The notes beneath the pieces were generated by a model. That model searched no databases. It had not been told where the DNA came from and worked only from the letters and a program-made list of their open reading frames with translations. Made by a program: the position numbers and the translations under genes. 64,000 nt of DNA, from positions 800,001 to 864,000 of the forward strand of contig OY970332.1 in assembly GCA_963717435.1 (NCBI GenBank), read 5' to 3'. This DNA is from an uncultured bacterium. GTDB taxonomy: Bacteria > Babelota > Babeliae > Babelales > Babelaceae. The stretch's first letter is position 1, and each line of letters starts with the position of its first letter. Below, one piece after another: positions 58,760-64,000 of the stretch.

Positions 58760-61700
58760 TAATATTAACTTTTGGATTTAGTTGTTCACGATCCAATAAT
58801 TCAAGAAGCTCAAGATTTATTGCTACCCTTGTGTTTGCATTAAGCTTGAGCTTCTTTCCATTTTCATAAAATATTATTGAAAGCGGTGTATTTCCTTTAG
58901 AAAAATAACTATTTATTTGCTTTAAGTTATCTTCTCCTGATTTGCTGTCATCTATTTCTATTGTTAAAGAACTAAACTGTGAATTGTCAAATATCGTATC
59001 TGCGGGGATCAAATCCTGCGCTTTAAGTTTGCAATTCTCAGATGAACTTTCATCAACGTTGCCAGTGACAATAAAAACCGTGTGCTGTGGTATCAAGCTT
59101 TCTACGCGTGAAAATAATTTTGGAAAAATTATAATTTCAGCTTTGGTTTGTGCGTCTTCAAGTTGCATGAATGCCATGCGGTCACCTTTTTTAGTTGTCA
59201 CAACTTTGCTGCTCTTTACTGCGCCAAGACAGACAATAGTTTCTTGTCCCGATATTTTTACGGCTTCCTGAAACTTGATTGGCTGCAGCCACTTAATATG
59301 CTTTGTGTAATAGTCTAATGGCTGGGAACTTACATAAAGTCCCATAACTTCTTTTTCTTTTTCCAATTTTAATTTATCGGGCCAATCAGGAATATCTTGG
59401 AACATATAATCTTCTTCTATCCCGTCTTTTGAGTTGTTTGAACTAGTTTCAAACAGCCCCATCTGTCCAGTTAATAGAGACTTTTTATATTCTGCAGCTT
59501 TTTCAATTATCTTTGGTAACTCTTCAGTTTTTTGTGCGCGATTACCAGAAAGTGAATCGAGCGCACCTGCTGCTATCAAATTTTCAAACACGCGTTTGTT
59601 GCATGTTCGCAAGTCTATTCTTTTTGCAAGATCCAAAATGTTTTTGAATTTAGTTTTGCTACTTCTCTCATGTATAATATTTTCAAGCGCAGCAAGACCC
59701 ACGTTCTTAATGCCCAATAACCCGAATCTTATTTTTTCATCAACAACGCTAAAATTTATCTCTGAGTTATTAATATCTGGTGGAAGTATTTCTATCCCCA
59801 TCTCTTTTGCTTCGCTGACATAAAATGCCATCTGTTCAGCAGCAGTGGATTCAAGTGATATCAGGCATGCCATAAATTCAGCTTTAAAGTTAGCTTTCAA
59901 ATACGCAGTCTGATAAGCGATAAGCGCATACGCGGCCGAGTGAGATTTGTTAAAACCGTAACCGGCAAAATATGCCATCAAGTCAAAAAGCTCTATAGAT
60001 TTTTTTTCATCAAAAGATAAGTTTTTCGCTTTTGTGACAAAAATATCTTTCTGTTTTGCCATCTCTTCGGCTTTTTTCTTACCCATAGCTCGGCGCAAGA
60101 TATCAGCTTCTCCAAGAGAATATCCGCCTATCTTTGAAGCAATTTTCATAACCTGTTCTTGATAAACAATAACACCGTAAGTTTCTAATAATATTTCTTG
60201 AAGCTCAGGGAAAATATATTCTATTTTTTGTCGCCCATTTTTTCGTTCGATAAAATCGTCAACCATTCCAGAGCCTAGTGGCCCCGGTCTGTATAGTGCG
60301 TTAACAGCTATTATATCTTCAAAATATGCAGGTTGCAGTCTTCGCAAAACATCTTTGATCCCTTCAGATTCTAACTGGAACACGCCAGATGTTTGCCCCT
60401 TGCATAAAAGCTCAAACGTTTTTGGATCGTCTAATGGAATCTTGTTAATATCAAGTTTTTTTCCAATTTTTTTCTCTATTAAATCGAGAGTTTTCTTTAC
60501 TATAGTTAAGTTTTTTAGACCAAGAAAATCCATTTTTAAGTAGCCCAGATACTCAAGCTCGGTCATAGCATATTGTGTAACCAGGTCCGTCGTTTTTGGT
60601 GGAATATAAATAGGTAAAACGTCACTTATAGGTTCCGGTGAAATAACAATTCCGGCAGCATGCTTTGAAGCGTGTCTTGTTATTCCCTCGAGGCGAAAAG
60701 CTAAATCAAAAACTTTTGCTACAGTTTGATTGTTTTTGATAAGTTCTTGCAATCTTGGCTCAGTTTCTATGGACTCTTTTAAAGTTATTTTTAACTGATC
60801 CGGAACAAGTTCTGTAATAGAATTTGAATCTTCAAATGGTAGCCCCAAAACTCTGGCCACGTCTTTGATAACCCCCTTGGCCATCATTGTCCCGAATGTA
60901 ATAATTTGGCAAACTTTGTCGTGCCCATATTTTTGGCGCACATATTCTATTACCTTATCACGTCCTTCAATACAGAAATCTATATCTATATCTGGCATGG
61001 TTATACGTTCTGGGTTTAAAAATCTTTCAAAAAGCAGATTATATTTTATTGGGTCTATATCTGTTATCTGCAACGACCAAGCTACTAAAGACCCAGCAGC
61101 AGAACCACGTCCCGGCCCCACAGGCACATCGTTGTTTTTTGCCCACTGAATAAAATCACTAACTACTAAAAAGTATCCGACAAAACCCATTTTGCAGATT
61201 AGATCTATTTCGATTTCTAATCTATTTTTATAATTTTCTAATAACTCTTTGGGAAATCTTTCGTCACTTAATAACTTTTCAAGGCCATCGCGACAAAGTT
61301 TTGAAAAATAACTATTTTCATCAAAACCTTCTGGGATATCAAATACGGGGAAAAATAACTTACCCGTTTCAAATTTAAAGTCGCACATGTCGGCAATTTT
61401 GCCAGAGTTCCAAACAGCTTCTTCATGCTCTTTAAATAGCTCAAGCATCTCTTGTTCGGTGCGCATATAAGCTCTGCAGTCACCAAATGTAAATCTATCA
61501 GGATCTGTGATTTTGTGATGTGTCTGAATAGACAACATAACTTCATGCGCTTCACGATCGTCTATAGATGTGTAATGACAATCGCCAGCTGCAACAAGAT
61601 TAATATCTCTTTCTTTGCTGATCTTAAATAATTTTTCATTTAATATTTTTTGTTCTTCTTGATCCGCGGGCTGAACTTCTAGATAAAATCTATCGCGACC

Positions 61701-62195
61701 AAATACCCGCAAGAACCAGTCTATTTTTTTGTTTGCTTCGGCATAGTCATCTGCCATAAGCAAACTTGGGATATGTCCACCAAGACAGGCAGTTGTAATT
61801 ATTAAACCTTCAGCATGTTTTTCTAGTATTTCGTAATCTATTCTGGGCTTAAAATAAAAACCTTCTTGATAAGCAAAAGAGATTAATTTACAAAGATTTT
61901 TGTAACCTGTTTTATTTTGAACAATTATTATTAAGTGATGATATTTGTTTTGGACATCTTTTACTTTTGCATTTTCCGTAAAATACATTTCGATGCCAAG
62001 GACGGGTTTAATGCCAGCTTTTTGGGCCTGTTGAAAAAACTTTACTGCACCAAAGATATTACCGTGATCTGATATTGCAAGCGCTTTTAATTTATTTTCT
62101 TTTCCAAAATTTATTAGCTTGTCGATCGTAATCGCGCCATCAAGTAGTGAAAAATCTGTGTGTAAATGTAAATGCGTAAAATGCTTTTCTGACAT
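58731..62195 (-). CDS. dnaE: DNA polymerase III alpha subunit
   Basis: HLHLHTDFSLLDG (PHP), GPGRGSAAGS, FERFLNPER..MPDIDIDF, YGFNKSH. Confidence 0.97.
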   Translation of the reverse strand: MSEKHFTHLHLHTDFSLLDGAITIDKLINFGKENKLKALAISDHGNIFGAVKFFQQAQKAGIKPVLGIEMYFTENAKVKDVQNKYHHLIIIVQNKTGYKNLCKLISFAYQEGFYFKPRIDYEILEKHAEGLIITTACLGGHIPSLLMADDYAEANKKIDWFLRVFGRDRFYLEVQPADQEEQKILNEKLFKISKERDINLVAAGDCHYTSIDDREAHEVMLSIQTHHKITDPDRFTFGDCRAYMRTEQEMLELFKEHEEAVWNSGKIADMCDFKFETGKLFFPVFDIPEGFDENSYFSKLCRDGLEKLLSDERFPKELLENYKNRLEIEIDLICKMGFVGYFLVVSDFIQWAKNNDVPVGPGRGSAAGSLVAWSLQITDIDPIKYNLLFERFLNPERITMPDIDIDFCIEGRDKVIEYVRQKYGHDKVCQIITFGTMMAKGVIKDVARVLGLPFEDSNSITELVPDQLKITLKESIETEPRLQELIKNNQTVAKVFDLAFRLEGITRHASKHAAGIVISPEPISDVLPIYIPPKTTDLVTQYAMTELEYLGYLKMDFLGLKNLTIVKKTLDLIEKKIGKKLDINKIPLDDPKTFELLCKGQTSGVFQLESEGIKDVLRRLQPAYFEDIIAVNALYRPGPLGSGMVDDFIERKNGRQKIEYIFPELQEILLETYGVIVYQEQVMKIASKIGGYSLGEADILRRAMGKKKAEEMAKQKDIFVTKAKNLSFDEKKSIELFDLMAYFAGYGFNKSHSAAYALIAYQTAYLKANFKAEFMACLISLESTAAEQMAFYVSEAKEMGIEILPPDINNSEINFSVVDEKIRFGLLGIKNVGLAALENIIHERSSKTKFKNILDLAKRIDLRTCNKRVFENLIAAGALDSLSGNRAQKTEELPKIIEKAAEYKKSLLTGQMGLFETSSNNSKDGIEEDYMFQDIPDWPDKLKLEKEKEVMGLYVSSQPLDYYTKHIKWLQPIKFQEAVKISGQETIVCLGAVKSSKVVTTKKGDRMAFMQLEDAQTKAEIIIFPKLFSRVESLIPQHTVFIVTGNVDESSSENCKLKAQDLIPADTIFDNSQFSSLTIEIDDSKSGEDNLKQINSYFSKGNTPLSIIFYENGKKLKLNANTRVAINLELLELLDREQLNPKVNIITKAPRQAY

Positions 62196-62347
62196 ATTTT
62201 AAGTTAATTTATATTTCTTGTATTAAAATTAAATTTAAATTTTATATCTATTTAATATACCAGAAAAAACAGGCTTTACACATACAAGTTTTTTTTATAA
62301 TCCTGACAACAGTGTTGGCAGAATAACCGCCAGATTCAACAATAGAA

Positions 62348-62731
62348 TTAAAGCTGGGTTTTTGTTTTTACAAATTCGAATATTTTTTTTGCTTGATTAA
62401 AATTAACATGCGCTGTTGTTACATCAGGCATTATATAGTAACTATCGGGGTATCGGGCCCTGGTGGCGTATGGATTTAAATCCGCGGCATCCATTAGGAT
62501 TTCTTCAAAATCGCCGTCAAGCTCTATGCAAAGATGAACCAGCTCGACAAGATCATGTATTCTTCTAAGTGGCTTATCTTTGTATATTAAAAAAGCTTTA
62601 ATCGCTTTTTCGGCACATTGCTGAGTATGATAAAGTGCAGGCCCTAAAATTATTTCTTCATTGAAGAGCATAAGTTTTGCGGCTTTCAAATCGTCTTCAG
62701 CAAATGACAACCACTCTTTATGCCTTTGCAT
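62348..62731 (-). CDS. HEPN domain protein (SacI/SACS-like class)
   Basis: WL..A.DDL..A, YH.QQ.AEKAIKA, HDL..L, L.PYA..ARYP; likely start MQRH at 62731 overlapping the MNT stop. Confidence 0.88.
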   Translation of the reverse strand: MQRHKEWLSFAEDDLKAAKLMLFNEEIILGPALYHTQQCAEKAIKAFLIYKDKPLRRIHDLVELVHLCIELDGDFEEILMDAADLNPYATRARYPDSYYIMPDVTTAHVNFNQAKKIFEFVKTKTQL

Positions 62732-63038
62732 AAATTCTTTTGCCTTTATACTTAATTTTGTGATAAAGGCTGGTTTTATCTTGAGAATCTCTATCAAATT
62801 CTTCTTTAGTTATAACCCAGAGATCTTTAGAAACTCTCGTATTTATCAGAGCTTTATGACCATCTACTAGTTCATGATACTTATCTTTTGTATAATGATC
62901 CAAAACAATTAGTAAATCTAAATCACTATCTTCATCTGGATTTCCCCAGGCATAAGATCCAAAAAGATATATCTCTAATGGATTATAAGTTTTAATAAGC
63001 TTGTTTTTTACTTCTTCTATAATATTTTTATTTATCAT
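62718..63038 (-). CDS. Minimal nucleotidyltransferase (MNT) domain protein
   Basis: IYLFGSYAWG....DSDLDLLIV, 106 aa. Confidence 0.9.
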   Translation of the reverse strand: MINKNIIEEVKNKLIKTYNPLEIYLFGSYAWGNPDEDSDLDLLIVLDHYTKDKYHELVDGHKALINTRVSKDLWVITKEEFDRDSQDKTSLYHKIKYKGKRIYAKA

Positions 63039-63106
63039 CTATCACCTATGAGTTATTTTTGCATGTTTTAAATCTATAAAATTAAATTTTATGAAATAAA
63101 TAATTT

Positions 63107-64000
63107 CTACCAGCCGCCTCCACCGCCACCGCCTCCTCCTCCACCAGAAGATCCACCACCGCCTGATCCAGAAGAGCTGCCGGGGCTGCTTGTTGAAGAA
63201 GAAATTTGGCTTGAAAGTGAGCTTGATAAGTTGCTTGAAAAACTATCAGCTGGAAAAATTACTCCAGCAGGCAATCCTGAATACCAAACAGGATTATATT
63301 CGTGATCCTGTTTTTTTAATTGCTCAAATATTGGCGCGAATTTTTTTGCCCATTCTTTTTCTACGCCAAGAGCAATTGCATATGGTAAATATTTTTCATA
63401 AAGTTCAGGATTTTTAGTTGGGGGCGTGCCAATAACTTTAAGTCTGTCTTCTTCGGTTGTTTGCAAGAATAATTTAAAGCCCATAATCTCTTGCATGGTT
63501 TTTATGCCATCTTGCGTGTACCCGCGTAAAAGATGACCAAAAATAGAGCATAAACACATGTTTATAATACCAATTATAAATGGGATTAAGACGCCCTCAA
63601 GATTTATAAATAAAGATATTAAATAAGTAGATATAGTAATTGCCCATAGTGGCGCGGTTTTACCCGTATTATTTTCAAAGTAATCTAAGCTATAATTTTT
63701 ATATAATATTTCTTGGTAGATATTAACTGTTGTACTTAAATACTCTGATTGGGATTTTGAAATTTTTATAGAATTTGAGTTTCGGAACAATCTTCTAAAT
63801 ATTCTATAATATTCTTGAGATTTATATTTATTTTCTTCAAGATCTTTAACTTTTACTAAAGTATAGGCCCCAGAAAACCAGCCGGGTTCAAATTTTATTT
63901 TTAAATATCCAGCAACTGCAAGTTCGACTATTAAAGCAGCAAAAGATTTCGAATCGTATTTTTTTCTATAAATATATCTTACGGCTCCCGCTGATAAATT
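63107..64000 (-). CDS. DUF2207 family membrane protein (partial, runs off window end)
   Basis: Frame stays open to base 64000 (LSAGAVRY...LIVELAVAGYLKI); YEKYLPYAIALGV..W, Ser/Gly tail ending GGGGW. Confidence 0.9.
   Translation of the reverse strand, partial: NLSAGAVRYIYRKKYDSKSFAALIVELAVAGYLKIKFEPGWFSGAYTLVKVKDLEENKYKSQEYYRIFRRLFRNSNSIKISKSQSEYLSTTVNIYQEILYKNYSLDYFENNTGKTAPLWAITISTYLISLFINLEGVLIPFIIGIINMCLCSIFGHLLRGYTQDGIKTMQEIMGFKLFLQTTEEDRLKVIGTPPTKNPELYEKYLPYAIALGVEKEWAKKFAPIFEQLKKQDHEYNPVWYSGLPAGVIFPADSFSSNLSSSLSSQISSSTSSPGSSSGSGGGGSSGGGGGGGGGGGW

Noticed and set aside
63107-63240. GC-rich low-complexity tract as a repeat element
   Set aside because: It encodes the normal Ser/Gly tail of DUF2207 proteins.
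983-63417. Numerous 60-145 aa antisense or alternate-frame ORFs inside long genes (e.g. 983..1399, 2199..2570, 8010..8405, 37677..38111, 59434..59823)
   Set aside because: Shadow ORFs overlapping well-supported genes, with no motifs or RBS.

Overview
AT-rich bacterial chromosome segment. The gene content (many signal-peptide ankyrin, WD40 and helical proteins, a Cdc9-type ATP-dependent ligase, nucleotide-salvage enzymes, compact housekeeping genes) suggests an intracellular parasite of protists, most likely Babeliota/Dependentiae (TM6); this is inference, not a database result. Housekeeping genes: gltX, an Omp85 protein, metG, topA, rsmG, gatC-gatA, tatD, HU, serS, hemW, trxA, secD, pgsA, ligase, PIN-PhoH, dnaE, tRNA-Leu(GAG) and tRNA-Met(CAT). 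An accessory block at about 38.9-52 kb follows tRNA-Leu. The most striking signal is a family of GC-rich modular hairpin elements, CGCTCG-NNNN-GAGTG-[inner hairpin]-GTATCGA-N'N'N'N'. I count 10 copies with covarying stems. They occur singly, as an inverted doublet, nested inside each other, and twice inserted in-frame in one heparinase II/III-like gene, as Rickettsia RPEs do. A related smaller hairpin module uses the CCA ends of both tRNAs as its left arm. No cognate transposase lies in the window. Other notable items: a stand-alone NYH-type cyclodipeptide synthase; a tandem beta-propeller pair with hypervariable loops, a 217-bp identical tract and a frameshift; a recurrent signal-peptide/Met-Glu motif in 7 secreted proteins; an unrecognised ~160-aa helical repeat domain; a 5'-truncated hicA remnant before hicB; and an MNT-HEPN pair.
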